Of a stretch of DNA of 64,000 nucleotides, positions 1-35,797 are shown one piece after another. How positions within the stretch are numbered: position 1 is the first letter of the stretch; each line of letters opens with the position of its first letter. This stretch comes from Macrostomum lignano (taxonomy: Eukaryota). The stretch spans positions 43,393 through 107,392 of the forward strand of contig NIVC01002744.1 in assembly GCA_002269645.1 (NCBI GenBank), given 5' to 3'. The notes beneath the pieces are model-generated. The model saw only the letters and a program-made list of their open reading frames with translations, ran no database searches and was not told the origin of the DNA. The translations under genes and the position numbers were made by a program.

Positions 1-90
1 ATTGGTAGCTGAGTGTAGCAGATTGGTAGCTGAGTGTAGCAGATTGGTAGCTGAGTGTAGCAGATTGGTAGCTGAGTGTAGCAGATTGGT
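1..90. repeat. 21-bp minisatellite ATTGGTAGCTGAGTGTAGCAG (DSTYK intron)
   Basis: About 4 exact units. Confidence 0.95.
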
Positions 91-119
91 GGTTACCAGC
101 AGGCTGTCATTCATTCCAG

Positions 120-9238
<9,119 letters not shown>

Positions 9239-9664
9239 GCGAAGTGCGGATAAACTGCATGAAGTGGACCAAAACTTCAATAATTCGCTTGTCAGCTACT
9301 CTTTATGCTTCAGCGTCTGTTTAGCGTTTTGTCAGATTTTTTGCAATTTGTTGTATAAAAACAAATTTTCTTTTGTAGATTTTTTGTTAGAATTCTGTTT
9401 TTACCTGTGCTTGACGGTGTTACTTTGCAGACAATTAACAGTGGCTGAGAATGCTAAACCTGGTGTTGCTTTCACGCGCGAGAATCAAAGCGTAAAGGCT
9501 ATTAGAAATGATGAAGACTACTCAAAAGAATTTGCACTTTGTTTGCTCCTAAATGCTTAGGAGCAACGCAACTTTTTGAATTTTCATGTACTTGAGTTGC
9601 CTCACTCAGGTGCAGCGAAGCCCTAAAAATTGTCAGACAAGTTTTACTTATAGTAAAAACTAAA

Positions 9665-10060
9665 ACCCACAGCACCCACCACCCCACAGCACCCGCCACC
9701 CCACAGCAGCCACCACCCCACAGCACCCGCCACCCCACAGCACCCACCACCCCACAGAACCCACCACCCCACAGCACCCGCCACCCCACAGCACCCACCA
9801 CCCCACAGCAGCCACCAACCCACAGCAGCCACCACCCCACAGCACCCGCCACCCCACAGAACCCACCACCCCACAGCACCCACCACCCCACAGAACCCAC
9901 CACCCCACAGCACCCGCCACCCCACAGCACCCACCACCCCACAGCAGCCACCAACCCACAGCAGCCACCACCCCACAGCACCCGCCACCCCACAGAACCC
10001 ACCACCCCACAGCACCCACCACCCCACAGCACCCACCATCCCACAGCACCACGACCCCAC
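9665..10060. repeat. ~18-bp CCACAGCACCCGCCACCC minisatellite; the reverse-complement family lies at 15008-15366 and 24278-24636
   Basis: Visible tandem units. Confidence 0.9.
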
Positions 10061-10484
10061 AGGCCCGATGCGGGCGAAAAGACAGCCTGGCATTCCTGCT
10101 GTTTATTAGCGATCAAAGCGAATCACTTGGCATCATGTTTTATTGAGAAAAATTATTTGCGTCTCTTTTTATTCCAATTTCAGATTTTTTCTGCGCAGAG
10201 TTACAGTAATATTGAGTTTCCTACGAGTATTTCTGCTGTTCAGTATCTGATATCAGGCAATCATTAATAGATTTATATTGATTTCTCATATTGATTTCTC
10301 ACTGCAATACGGGCTCAATCATTGGTGCTAATCTTTGTTTTTCGACAGTTTTTTTACTTTCTGTTGTGTTATGAAGGTAATTTTTGCCTAATAAATTCGA
10401 TTACCGCGATCATAATGAAGTGTATTCTTCGAAATTCAAAATTTGAAAATATTGTCAAGAGGAAAATGTGTTATTTCTGATTTC

Positions 10485-11157
10485 CGGTGAAGATTCTCAG
10501 TTTAGTTCCGGTGAAGATCCTCAGTTAACATGTAGTTCCGGGGAAGATTTTCAGTTTACATGTAGTTCTGGGGAAGATTCTCAGTTTAGTTCCGGGGAAG
10601 ATTCTCAGTTTAGTTCCAGTGAAGATTCTTAGTTTAGTTCCGGGGAAGATTCTCAGTTAACATGTAGTTCCGGGGAATATTCTCAGTTTAGTTCTGGGGA
10701 AGATTCTCAGTTTAGTTCCGGGGAAGATTCTCAGTTTAGTTCCAGTGAAGATTCTTAGTTTAGTTCCGGGGAAGATTCTCAGTTTAGTTCCGGGGAAGAT
10801 TCTCAGTTTAGTTCCGGGGAAGATTCTCAGTTAACATGTAGTTCCGGGGAAGATTCTCAGTTTAGTTCCGGGGAAGATTCTCAGTTTAGTTCCGGGGAAG
10901 ATTCTCAGTTTAGTTCCGGGGAAGATTCTCAGTTTAGTTCCAGTGAAGATTCTTAGTTTAGTTCCGGGGAAGATTCTCAGTTTAGTTCCGGGGAAGATTC
11001 TCAGTTTAGTTCCGGGGAAGATTCTCAGTTTAGTTCCAGTGAAGATTCTTAGTTTAGTTCCGGGGAAGATTCTCAGTTAACATGTAGTTCCGGGGAATAT
11101 TCTTAGTTTAGTTTCGGTGAAGATTCTCAGTTTAGTTCCGGTGAATATTCTCAGTTA
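10485..11157. repeat. 24-bp minisatellite AGTTCCGGGGAAGATTCTCAGTTT
   Basis: About 25 units. Confidence 0.95.
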
Positions 11158-11320
11158 AGTGATTTTACTCTCAACTTTTACATGCATAGGTAAACAAGAT
11201 TTAGTTTTTTCTTCAGTCCCTGATGGCTCTTTATTTGACAGTATTAAAATTATCAGAAGTAAATGAATCAAAAATGAATAATGAAAGTCCTGATTATTCC
11301 GTTCATGCTTGATTCGGCCT

Positions 11321-16162
<4,842 letters not shown>

Positions 16163-16684
16163 GCTGGATACAGTTTGATTGTTTAATCAGATTTCCTTAG
16201 TATTGAGGCTGTTATTTAAAAAAATAATCTCGGATTCTGCGGGCACCTCATAAAAAGCCTCTGAGCTGTGTGCATTGCTCAGCCCCTGCCCAGCATCTGC
16301 CTCCCAGCTGCCCACTGCGCAGGCCATTCATACAATAAAATAGAAAATGAAGGCAGCCAGGTGTTCAAACGCCAGAACGGCCTCTCCATTGAATTGTAAA
16401 TTTGAGCTGCACAGCAAGAGCATCGCTTTCATCACGATGGCGTCAAGTGAGCTGCCAATTCTGATTGGCTGGCCACGGAGTACTTGGTTAACAAATTTAT
16501 TTAGATATTATATAGTTTATACTACTCGGCAAGTAGTGTACAGCCGTTTATAACATCATTAGTAGGCAGCTGGCATTTCATCTGTGACTAACAAATAGAA
16601 AATGTTCGTTTGGCTACAAATAAACAACTTTACGAAGCTGCAATGAAACTTGAATAGGTAAAATATCTTCATAAACTGAAGTTT

Positions 16685-17790
16685 ATCACACTGGCAGTTT
16701 ATTACACTGGCAGATTGTCACCCACTGGCAGTTTATCACACTAATGGCAGTTTATCACACTAATGGCAGTTTATCACACTATGGCAGGTTGTCACACTGG
16801 CAGTTTATGACACTGTGGCAGATTGTCACACTGGCAGTTTATCAAACTATGGCAGATTGTCACACTGGCAGTTTATCATACTGGCAGTTAATCACACTGG
16901 CAGTTTGTCACATTGGCAGATTGTCACACTGGCAGTTTGTCACACTGGCAGATTGTCACACTAGCAGATTGTCACACTGGCAGTTTATCACACTGGCAGT
17001 TTGTCACACTGGCAGATTGTCACACTGGCAGATTGTCACACTGGCAGTTTATCACACTGGCAGTTTGTCACACTGGCAGTTTATCACACTGGCAGATTGT
17101 CACACTGGCAGTTTAACACACTGGCAGTTTATCACACTGGCAGTTTATCACACTCGCAGTTTATCACACTGGCAGATTATCACACTGGCAGATTGTCACA
17201 CTGGCAGTTTATCACACTGGCAGATTGTCACACTGGCAGTTTATCACACTGGCAGTTTGTCACACTCGCAGTTTATCACACTGGCAGATTATCACACTGG
17301 CAGTTTGTCACACTGGCAGATTGTCACACTGGCAGATTGTCACACTGGCAGTTTATCACACTGGCAGATTGTCACACTGGCAGTTTAACACACTGGCAGT
17401 TTATCACACTGGCAGTTTAACACACTGGCAGTTTATCACACTGGCAGTTTATCACACTGGCAGATTGTCACACTGGCAGTTTATCACACTGGCAGTTTAT
17501 CACACTCGCAGTTTATCACACTGGCAGATTGTCACTATGGCAGTTTATCACACTGGCAGATTGTCACACTGGCAGATTGTCACACTGGCAGTTTATCACA
17601 CTGGCAGATTGTCACTATGGCAGTTTATCACACTGGCAGTTTATCACACTGGCAGATTGTCACACTGGCAGTTTATCACACTGGCAGATTGTCACTATGG
17701 CAGATTGTCACACTGGCAGTTTATCACACTGGCAGATTGTCACACTGGCAGTTTATCACACTGTCAGCTTATCACACTGGCAGTTTGTTA
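16685..17790. repeat. 16-bp ATCACACTGGCAGTTT minisatellite upstream of gene A (paralogue at 26585-27522)
   Basis: Tandem units; explains the SHWQ ORFs. Confidence 0.96.
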
Positions 17791-17979
17791 CACCTGCAGC
17801 TCATATTTAAATATTATAGCCGAATAAAAATGTCTGGAGTAAATAATTTCTAAAACAAGCACGAGGACCCGGTCCAGTCTTTGTCAACTCTCGTGGCGCC
17901 CATCATCTGTCATTCCCAGTTGCTTGAGCTCGGTGGCAGCACAACCCGGACAAGGACCAATAGGAACACTTCGTTATAT

Positions 17980-26061
<8,082 letters not shown>

Positions 26062-27700
26062 GCTGGATACAGTTTGATTGTTTAATCAGATTTCCTTAGT
26101 ATTGAGGCTGTTATTTAAAAAAATAATCTCGGATTCTGCGGGCACCTCATAAAAAGCCTCTGAGCTGTGTGCATTGCTCAGCCCCTGCCCAGCATCTGCC
26201 TCCCAGCTGCCCACTGCGCAGGCCATTCATACAATAAAATAGAAAATGAAGGCAGCCAGGTGTTCAAACGCCAGAACGGCCTCTCCATTGAATTGTAAAT
26301 TTGAGCTGCACAGCAAGAGCATCGCTTTCATCACGATGGCGTCAAGTGAGCTGCCAATTCTGATTGGCTGGCCACGGAGTACTTGGTTAACAAATTTATT
26401 TAGATATTATATAGTTTATACTACTCGGCAAGTAGTGTACAGCCGTTTATAACATCATTAGTAGGCAGCTGGCATTTCATCTGTGACTAACAAATAGAAA
26501 ATGTTCGTTTGGCTACAAATAAACAACTTTACGAAGCTGCAATGAAACTTGAATAGGTAAAATATCTTCATAAACTGAAGTTTATCACACTGGCAGTTTA
26601 TTACACTGGCAGATTGTCACCCACTGGCAGTTTATCACACTAATGGCAGTTTATCACACTAATGGCAGTTTATCACACTATGGCAGGTTGTCACACTGGC
26701 AGTTTATGACACTGTGGCAGATTGTCACACTGGCAGTTTATCAAACTATGGCAGATTGTCACACTGGCAGTTTATCATACTGGCAGTTAATCACACTGGC
26801 AGTTTGTCACATTGGCAGATTGTCACACTGGCAGTTTGTCACACTGGCAGATTGTCACACTAGCAGATTGTCACACTGGCAGTTTATCACACTGGCAGTT
26901 TGTCACACTGGCAGATTGTCACACTGGCAGATTGTCACACTGGCAGTTTATCACACTGGCAGTTTGTCACACTGGCAGTTTATCACACTGGCAGATTGTC
27001 ACACTGGCAGTTTAACACACTGGCAGTTTATCACACTGGCAGTTTATCACACTCGCAGTTTATCACACTGGCAGATTATCACACTGGCAGATTGTCACAC
27101 TGGCAGTTTATCACACTGGCAGTTTATCACACTGGCAGTTTATCACACTTGCAGTTTATCACACTGGCAGTTTATCACACTGGCAGTTTATCACACTGGC
27201 AGTTTATCACACTGGCAGTTTATCACACTGGCAGTTTATCACACTGGCAGATTATCACACTGGCAGATTATCACACTGGCAGATTATCACACTGGCAGTT
27301 TATCACACTGGCAGATTATCACACTGGCAGATTATCACACTGGCAGTTTATCACACTGGCAGATTATCACACTGGCAGTTTATCACACTGGCAGATTATC
27401 ACACTGGCAGATTATCACACTGGCAGATTATCACACTGGCAGATTATCACACTGGCAGATTATCACACTGGCAGATTATCACACTGGCAGATTATCACAC
27501 TGGCAGTTTATCACACTGGCAGCTCGATTTATGTAGCAGAAGAAAGATGCCTGGAATAAAGACAATATAAATAAAATAAACACGAAGAGCGTTTTGTTTT
27601 TGTTAATTCTCGTGGCGCCCATCTTCTGTCATCCCCAGAGTTGCTTGAGCTCGGTGGCAGCACAACCCGGACAAGGACCAATAGGAACACTTCGTTATAT

Positions 27701-30700
27701 CTAGTCTTGTAGTCCTTGAATCCCGATGTCGTCACTGAGGGTTGGGCAACAGCCAGTTAGTGGCTCAGTCAGTTTTCCTAAGTTTAACCATAGACAAAAC
27801 GCTATTAAAAGCTGTGCGCTTACGGGGTGACTGCTCCGTTAAGCCGATCAACGTCGTTTTTGCTGCTGCTGCAATTGGCCGCAGATAAACAAACAAAATA
27901 GTGGCGCTGATTCAAATTTGATTTGGATTTTACTGGCACAAGAGAGTATTCTATATCGCTGAAGCTTGGAACTTACAATAATTCAGCCTGAGAACTCGCC
28001 TCGTAAGCCCTGAAGTTTGATTTCAGTCACCGAATTAATTTTTAAGTCAATACAAGCGTAATTTCAAAAGTTGAATCAAATTTTATGAACTCACCTATTT
28101 TCCGTTCCATTCTGCCATCTAAAATTCAGTGATTTTTCAGTTAGCAGAAGTTTTCAGACAAACATGATGAAGAAGAGAATTGCGGATCATGAGGTGCAAA
28201 ACTCACCGCTGGTATTCAAGTGTGCCGCCTGAGTTGCTGGGGCCCGCAGCGCCCATGTACATGTAGGCAGAGTTGGCTGCTGAACCTGTGGCTGCCTGCC
28301 GCCTGCAAAGTAGAGCTTATTCTGGTCACTCTGGTCACTCTGGTTACTCTGTCACTCTGGTCACTCTGGTCACTCTGGTCACTCTGGTCACTCTGGTCAC
28401 TCTGGTCACTCTGGTCACTCTGATCACTCTGGTCACTCTGGTCACTCTGATCACTCTGTTTACTCTAATCAATCTGGTCACTCTGGTCACTCTGGTCACT
28501 CTGGTCACTCTGGTCACTCTGGTCACTCTGGTCACTCTGGTTACTCTGTCACTCTGGTCACTTTGATCACTCTGGTCACTCTGGTCACTCTGGTCACTCT
28601 GGTCACTCTGGTCACTCTGGTCACTCTGGTCACTCTAATCACTCTGGTCACTCTAATCAATCTGGTCACTCTGGTCACTCTGGTTACTCTGTCACTCTGG
28701 TCACTTTGATCACTCTGGTCACTATGGTCACTCTGGTCACTCTGGTCACTCTGGTCACTCTGGGCACTCTGGGCACTCTGATCACTCTGGTCACTCTGGT
28801 CACTCTGATCACTCTGGTCACTCTGGTCACTCTGATCACTCTGTTTACTCTAATCAATCTGGTCACTCTGGTCACTCTGGTCACTCTGGTCACTCTGGTC
28901 ACTCTGGTCACTCTGGTCACTCTGGTCACTCTGGTTAGTCTGGTCACTCTGGTCACTCTGGTCACTCTGGTCACTCTGGTCACTCTGGTTAGTCTGGTCA
29001 CTCTGGTCACTCTGGTCACTCTGGTCACTCTGGTCACTCTGGTCACTCTGGTCACTCTGGCCACTCTGGTCACTCTAGCCACTCTGGTCACTCTGGTCAC
29101 TCTAATCAATCTGGTCACCCTGGTCATTATGGTCACTCTTAACAATCCCGCTGCTCACCCGCCGCCGCAAGCCCTGGAAGCGCCGTAGGCGGAGTTGGGC
29201 ACCGCATCGAAATTCTGCATCCTGCATGCAGAAGCGCAAAGAGTTCATAAAATTTTTTTTCATTTCTTCAAATTTCAAAATAAAATAAATATTTCGAATC
29301 AACTTACCGTACAGTACTCTGGGAATCTGGCTCCGCTTCATCGTACGGATTCTCGCTGAAGGTTGGCATTTCAGGTGGCACTTCAAGTTATTGAATAATC
29401 AACTCAATGATTGCACGGGTCGCGCTAGGGCCAATTAAAAGGGCTGTGCAGGCTTGGGAGCTGGCCCTCATGGGCGAGAACTTCATGCACGATCAGCCTC
29501 ATGGTTAAATTAGCCCAGCGGGGGAATCGAACCCAGGGACTACGGAACGCGAGTTGTACATGCAGATTGACATGCCTGTCTCACTTACTCAGCAGGCTGC
29601 TGGCTGGTCTGGCCGGATTGGCCTTCATTGAGCACGTCGTAGATGTATTCCCTGAAAGTTGTTTTCTGAGCCTTTCAAGCAGGATTGGCGCAATTTTGAA
29701 TGGGTTTCCTCTGATAGACACTTCACTGTGGCATGGGTTGGATTCGTGAGCTTGGAGAGAGAACCCGCAGATAGGGACACTGTGTGGGGACACTGAATGG
29801 GGACAGAGTGTGGGGACACTGAATGGGGACAGAGTGTGGGGACACTGTATGGGGACAGAGTGTGGGGACACTGTATGGGGACAGAGTGTGGGGACACTGT
29901 ATGGGGGACACTGTATGGGGACTGAGTGTGGAGACACTGTATGGGAACACTGCATGGGGACAGAGTGTGGGGACACTGTATGGGGACAGAGTGTGGGGAC
30001 ACTGTATGGGGACAGAGTGTGGGGACACTGAATGGGGACAGAGTGTGGGGACACTGAATGGGGACAGAGTGTGGGGACACTGAATGGGGACAGAGTGTGG
30101 GACACTGTATGGGGACAGAGTGTGGGGACACTGAATGGGGACAGAGTGTGGGGACACTGAATGAGGACAGAGTGTGGGACACTGTATGGGGACAGAGTGT
30201 GGGACACTGTATGGGGACAGAGTGTGGGGACACTGAATGGGGACAGAGTGTGGGGACACTGAATGAGGACAGTGTGGAGACACTGTAGGGGACAGAGTGT
30301 GGGTACACTATGCGAAGTATGGATGTGAGTTTTGAGGCACGAACTCATGCTCCGGTTCCCGCCGAGGTCGGCCACCGTTAAATCTGAAATTGAGAAGAAA
30401 TTTCCGATTTAGTGACCGGGAAGAGATGCAAGTCAGAGCTGTGGGCTCACGTGGTCATTTCCACAGGCGAGGGCTGCTCGTACGCATTGCTGTCTCTGAA
30501 ACTGTGGAATGGAAAGGCGCAATCAGAGCACTGATGGTGCAATAAGGAATTCTGAGTATCAGGTATTTCAGGTTTCAAGCGGCTCTCACCCAGAGTCCGC
30601 TTCCGATGGGTGCTGTGAGGTCAGATTCTCTCTGAGGGGGCGGAGTTCGGGGTCCTCGAAGCTTTACAGTGCGGCACGGATATGGAGAATTACAGGCTTG

Positions 30701-33700
30701 GGTAGAGAATTACAGCCTTGGATAGAGAATTACAGACTTGGGTAGAGAATTACAGCCTTGGATAGAGAATTACAGACTTGGGTAGAGAATTACAGGCTTG
30801 GATAGAGAATTACAGCCTTGGATAGAGAATTACAGACTTGGGTAGAGAATTACAGGCTTGGATAGAGAATTACAGCCTTGGATAGAGAATTACAGGCTTG
30901 GGTAGAGAATTACAGCCTTGGATAGAGAATTACAGGCTTTGGTAGAGAATTACAGGCTTGGATAGAGAATTACAGACTTGGATAGAGAATTACAGGCTTG
31001 GATAGAGAATTACAGACTTGGATAGAGAATTACAGTTTTCAATTACAGCCTGGTTGGAAAACAACAAAAGCGGAATACAAAGTGATTGACAGGTGTCAGT
31101 AGTGCGTTGCTGTTCTCATCAGTTGCTATGGAAAAGCCAATAGGCTGAATGAGAGCAGGGAGCACCTGCATGCACTCAGAGCTTCATTGTCATACCAAAC
31201 TCTTATTTACCTTCCATTTTGTGAGTTTGATAACCGGTCGGCGACCCTGCGGGGCCAGAAAAACACAAACACTCGTAAAGTCGAAAAAGTGGAAAACAAG
31301 TTTATTGCGTTACCGCCACAGATACTAGAATCTGAGGTTACCACCAATGAAACAATGGGCTGTTTGTGAGAACTCACGTGTAATTATATTCAGATTGCAG
31401 GGCATTTGTGTCTTCAGCCTTTGGCCTCCGTTTGCTGCGGTTAAGCAAAAATGGTTAATACAAGTGTAAATATGCTCTGGCTGTAGCTAAATTCCTATAA
31501 TTCATTTTCATTACAGCCCCATCACTCCAGCCCCATCACTCCAGCCCCATCACTCCAGCCCCATCACTCCAGCCTCATCACTCCAGCCTCATCACTCCAG
31601 CCCCATCAGTCCAGCCCCATCACTCCAGCCCCATCACTCCAGCCTCATCACTCCAGCCCCATCAGTCCAGCCCCATCACTCCAGCCCCATCAGTCCAGCC
31701 CCATCACTCCAGCCTCATCACTCCAGCCTCATCACTCCAGCCTCATCACTCCAGCCCCATCACTTTGAGAACTACTCCACTGTCTGAAGCCTACCGGAAT
31801 CGAATCCCCAACGTGACGCCGACCGCAATGACGCAGGCCGCCACCGCCACGGCTGCGCCGCTCCCCGCGATGATGACAACGAGATTTTGTTTGCCCCCGC
31901 CTTGTTGCCAGGCGGTGAACTTGGCGAACCCAGCCGTTCTGCACTGCGTGGAGCTGCAGCCGCTGAGGGCTACAAAGTACTCGGTGTCCTTTGTTAGTCC
32001 GTGCGATTCGTCCATCAGGAAGTCGAACTCGGCGATCCGCGACACCTCCGTGACGTCGACGACTCGCCAGGAGGGGCGGCTGGCGGCATCCGGGTGGGCG
32101 GAGCCGTTGAAGGGCTGCGGCTGGTTGAGCTCGAGATGGTGGCGCTCGGCCCAGACTCCAAGGATGAGGAACCTATTATTTTTAGAAGAAATTGCAATTT
32201 GTTCTGATTTCAAAAGGAGCGTCTTAAGGCCTGCGTCTTGTGGGTCTGCAAATCTTCTAGCATACTTTTGTTTCTAACAGTTATTGTTTAACAGGGGTTG
32301 TTAGTGTCTGACAGGGGTTATCAGTGTCTGACAGGGGTTATCAGTGTCTGACAGGGGTTATCAGTGTCTGACAGGGGTTATCAGTGTCTGACAGGGGTTA
32401 TCAGTGTCTGACAGGGGTTATCAGTGTCTGACAGGGGTTATCAGTGTCTGACAGGGGTTATCAGTGTCTGACAGGGGTTATCAGTGTCTGACAGGGGTTA
32501 TCAGTGTCTGACAGGGGTTATCAGTGTCTGACAGGGGTTATCAGTGTCTGACAGGGGTTATCAGTGTCTGACAGGGGTTATCAGTGTCTGACAGGGGTTA
32601 TCAGTGTCTGACAGGGGTTATCAGTGTCTGACAGGGGTTATCAGTGTCTGACAGGGGTTATCAGTGTCTGACAGGGGTTATCAGTGTCTGACAGGGGTTA
32701 TCAGTGTCTGACAGGGGTTATCAGTGTCTGACAGGGGTTATCAGTGTCTGACAGGGGTTATCAGTGTCTGACAGGGGTTATCAGTGTCTGACAGGGGTTA
32801 TCAGTGTCTGACAGGGCTATCAGTGTCTGACAGGGGTTATCAGTGACTAGCAGGTGTAATTAGTGACTAGCAGGTGTAATTTGTGTCTGACAGGTGTAAT
32901 TATTTACTAGCGGGTGTAATTAGTGTCTAGCAGGTGTAATTAATGTCCGACTGGTGTATTTATTGTCTAGCAGGTATAATTAGTGACTAGCAGGTGTAAT
33001 TAGTGACTAGCAGGTGTAATTAGTGACTAGCAGGTGTAATTGGTGTCTGACAGGTGTAATTACTGACTAGCAGGTGTAATTAGTGACTAGCAGGTGTAAT
33101 TAATGTCTGACATGTGTAATTACTGACTAGCAGGTGTAATTACTGACTAGCAGGTGTAATTAGGGACTAGCAGGTGTAATTAATGTCTGACAGGTGTAAT
33201 TGCAAGTGTTTTCAGTGTTGTAAATTTTATCATCTCAATCTCAAAAAATAAAAAAGAAAGAAAAAATTTAGCTAAATTGCTTATTCAGTGTCTGCTGGTA
33301 TCTAGATAAAAAAGAATTTTTTTTAAGTTTAGTATGCTACTTAAAGTAGACATCAGCTTGCGCTTTAGAGCCAATGGCAGTCAAAGCAGTCGGGGGGATA
33401 GAAAAGGCTCACTTTGCAGCCAGTGCAGAGCAGTAAACCCTGTTGTGCGGCATGTTGAGCAGCACTGTGAGGTCGCCGCTCGTCCTGGGGTTGAGCTTGT
33501 CTGCCAGGTAGGTCTGGCTCAGCCCGGCCGCAATGCAGGGGGCCGCCAGGCCGGTTGCTGCGAATTTTTATTTTAGCGGTGACAAATTTTGAGTTCATTT
33601 GTGAGCTCGATGCTAAAAATAAGTTCTCGGAAAGTTAAAAGTGCAAGACTGCTCAACTGAGCAGCTGAGGGGAAGAATGAGCAGCTGAACTGTCTGTGCA

Positions 33701-34796
33701 GTTTTTATTGTTCGTTAAGATACTCAAATCCGCATTTGATTAGATAGGTAGTTTGGTAGGTAGATAGGTATGTAGATAGGTAGGTAGATAGGTAAGTAGA
33801 TAGGTAGGTAGATAGGTAGTAGGTAGATAGGTAGGTAGATAGGTAGGTAGATAGGTAAGTAGATAGGTAGGTAGATAGGTAGGTAGATAGGTAGGTAGAT
33901 AGGTAAGTAGATAGGTAGGTAGATAGGTAGTAGATAGATAGGTAGGTAGATAGGTAGGTAGATAGGTAAGTAGATAGGTAGGTAGATAGGTAGGTAGATA
34001 GGTAGGTAGATAGGTAGGTAGATAGGTAAGTAGATGGGTAGGTAGATAGGTAGGTAGATAGGTAAGTAGATGGGTAGGTAGATAGGTAGGTAGATAGGTA
34101 GGTAGATAGGTAGGTAGATAGGTAGGTAGATTAGGTAGGTAGATAGGTAGGTAGATTAGGTAGGTAGATAGGTAAGTAGATAGGTAGGTAGATAGGTAGG
34201 TAGATAGGTAGGTAGATAGGTAGGTAGATTAGGTAGGTAGATAGGTAAGTAGATGGGTAAGTAGAAAGGTAGGTAGATAGGTAAGTAGATGGGTAGGTAG
34301 ATAGGTAAGTAGAAAGGTAGGTAGATAGGTGAGTAGATAGGTAGATAGATAGGTAAGTAGATAGGTAAGTAGAAAGGTAGGTAGATAGGTAAGTAGATGG
34401 GTAGGTAGATAGGTAAGTAGAAAGGTAGGTAGATAGGTGAGTAGATAGGTAGATAGATAGGTAAGTAGATAGGTAAGTAGAAAGGTAGGTAGATTAGGTA
34501 GATAGATAGGTAAGTAAAGTAAATAGGTAGCAGGGTAGTTGGGAGGGTAGGTAGGTAGGTAGGTAGGTAGGTAGGTGGGTAGGTAGGTACGTAGGTAGGT
34601 AGGTAGGTAGGTAGGTACGTAGGTAGGTAGGTGGGTAGGCATTTAGGTTGGTTGGTATTGCAGGTAATTAGGTAGGTAGGTGGGTAAGGTAGGTAGGTAC
34701 CAGTAGGTAAAAGATCTTACCCGTAGGGCATCTGACTGCCCAGAGAGCCAGCAGCAGCAGGGCCCGGGTATTTCTGCAGCTCAGTGTCCGCAGCAT
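27701..34796 (-). CDS. Receptor-like gene C, a ~398-aa type I membrane protein with a Tyr-rich tail. Exons 34796-34721, 33557-33413, 32172-31795, 31434-31378, 31246-31211, 30661-30590, 30495-30451, 30383-30345, 29651-29589, 29355-29308, 29221-29159, 28302-28207, 27868-27824, 27734-27701
   Basis: In-frame join of 1197 nt. Signal peptide MLRTLSCRNTRALLLLALWAVRCPT. Exon 2 has the same 145-nt length and phases as in gene A and shares PC..A.L.Q..NPR..G.L.VLL..P..RV.CS. Tail motifs are YNY, AYEQP, EYIYDVL, NPYDEA, SAYGA, SAYMYM, LEYQR. A further 24-nt exon near 29728-29751 is possible. Confidence 0.78.
32303..33200. repeat. Two adjacent 20-bp arrays (TGTCTGACAGGGGTTATCAG, then TGACTAGCAGGTGTAATTAG) in gene C intron 2
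   Basis: The same seed is present as only 3-4 units at 14560-14640 and 23830-23910. Confidence 0.93.
33745..34710. repeat. GATAGGTAGGTA/GGTA compound microsatellite in gene C intron 1
   Basis: Same intron position as (GATA)n in A and B. Confidence 0.95.
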
Positions 34797-35342
34797 TTCG
34801 CTGCTCAGTCAAAGCTTCTCAAAAGTTGCAAAGCCGATGCGGGCTGCAGTCGGTTAAGGCGGGGAACCGCACGGATTTTATTTCGCTCTCCTGCTGGCCA
34901 GAAGTTCAGTTTGCATGCGCCTTAACTACGATTTAAGCACCCGAATGTGCATTGGCCAGTGTGGCGGGCAGGGCAGAAGGACAGACAGAAGTGCAGCCGC
35001 CTCAGACAGCGGGTCTCAAGTAGTCTCACTCTCCTGCAGCATCCCAGATTCGAAATTTGGGGGGGGGTTCTATAGTTGCAGCTGCTGACAACAATAACCA
35101 ACACTGCCTGCCTGCGTCTGCCCTGTTCGCAGACACTCGAACGGTGCATCCCGGATCTTACCGCATCTTACCGATCTTACCGGATCTTACCGCTAGTGTC
35201 TGCTGACACTGAGTGTCACCGCTCGGACTGTGTTGCTTAATCCGCATTGCAACTGCGGTTAAAAATTGCACAGCGTATAAGGCATGCAGTGCTAGAATAA
35301 ATTAAACTTGCTAAGAACAAACAAAGCCTGCGTCTGGTTATG

Positions 35343-35762
35343 TGGTCATAGCTGGCAGGGCAGGGAGAACATGCGTGAGTTTGGTCATAGCTGGCAGGGC
35401 AGGGAGAGCATGCATGAGTTTGGTCATAGCTGGCAGGGAGAACATGCATGTGTTTGGTCATAGCTGGCAGGGAGAGCATGCATGAGTTTGGTCATAGCTG
35501 GCAGGGAGAGCATGCATGAGTTTGGTCATAGCTGGCAGGGAGAGCATGCATGAGTTTGGTCATAGCTGGCAGGGAGAGCATGCATGAGTTTGGTCATAGC
35601 TGGCAGGGAGAACATGCATGAGTTTGGTCATAGCTGGCAGGGAGAGCATGCATGAATTTGGTCATAGCTGGCAGGGAGAGCATGCATGAGTTTGGTCATA
35701 GCTGGCAGGGAGAGCATGCATGAGTTTGGTCATAGCTGGCAGGGAGAGCATGCATGAGTTTG
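35343..35762. repeat. 34-bp minisatellite CATAGCTGGCAGGGAGAGCATGCATGAGTTTGGT
   Basis: About 12 units. Confidence 0.95.
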
Positions 35763-35797
35763 CAACGGAAAGAGATGATTCCCAACTAAACTAATGA

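Noticed and set aside
16744-17853. His/Trp-rich repeat proteins (also 26643-27559)
   Set aside because: Translations of the 16-bp minisatellite in all frames.
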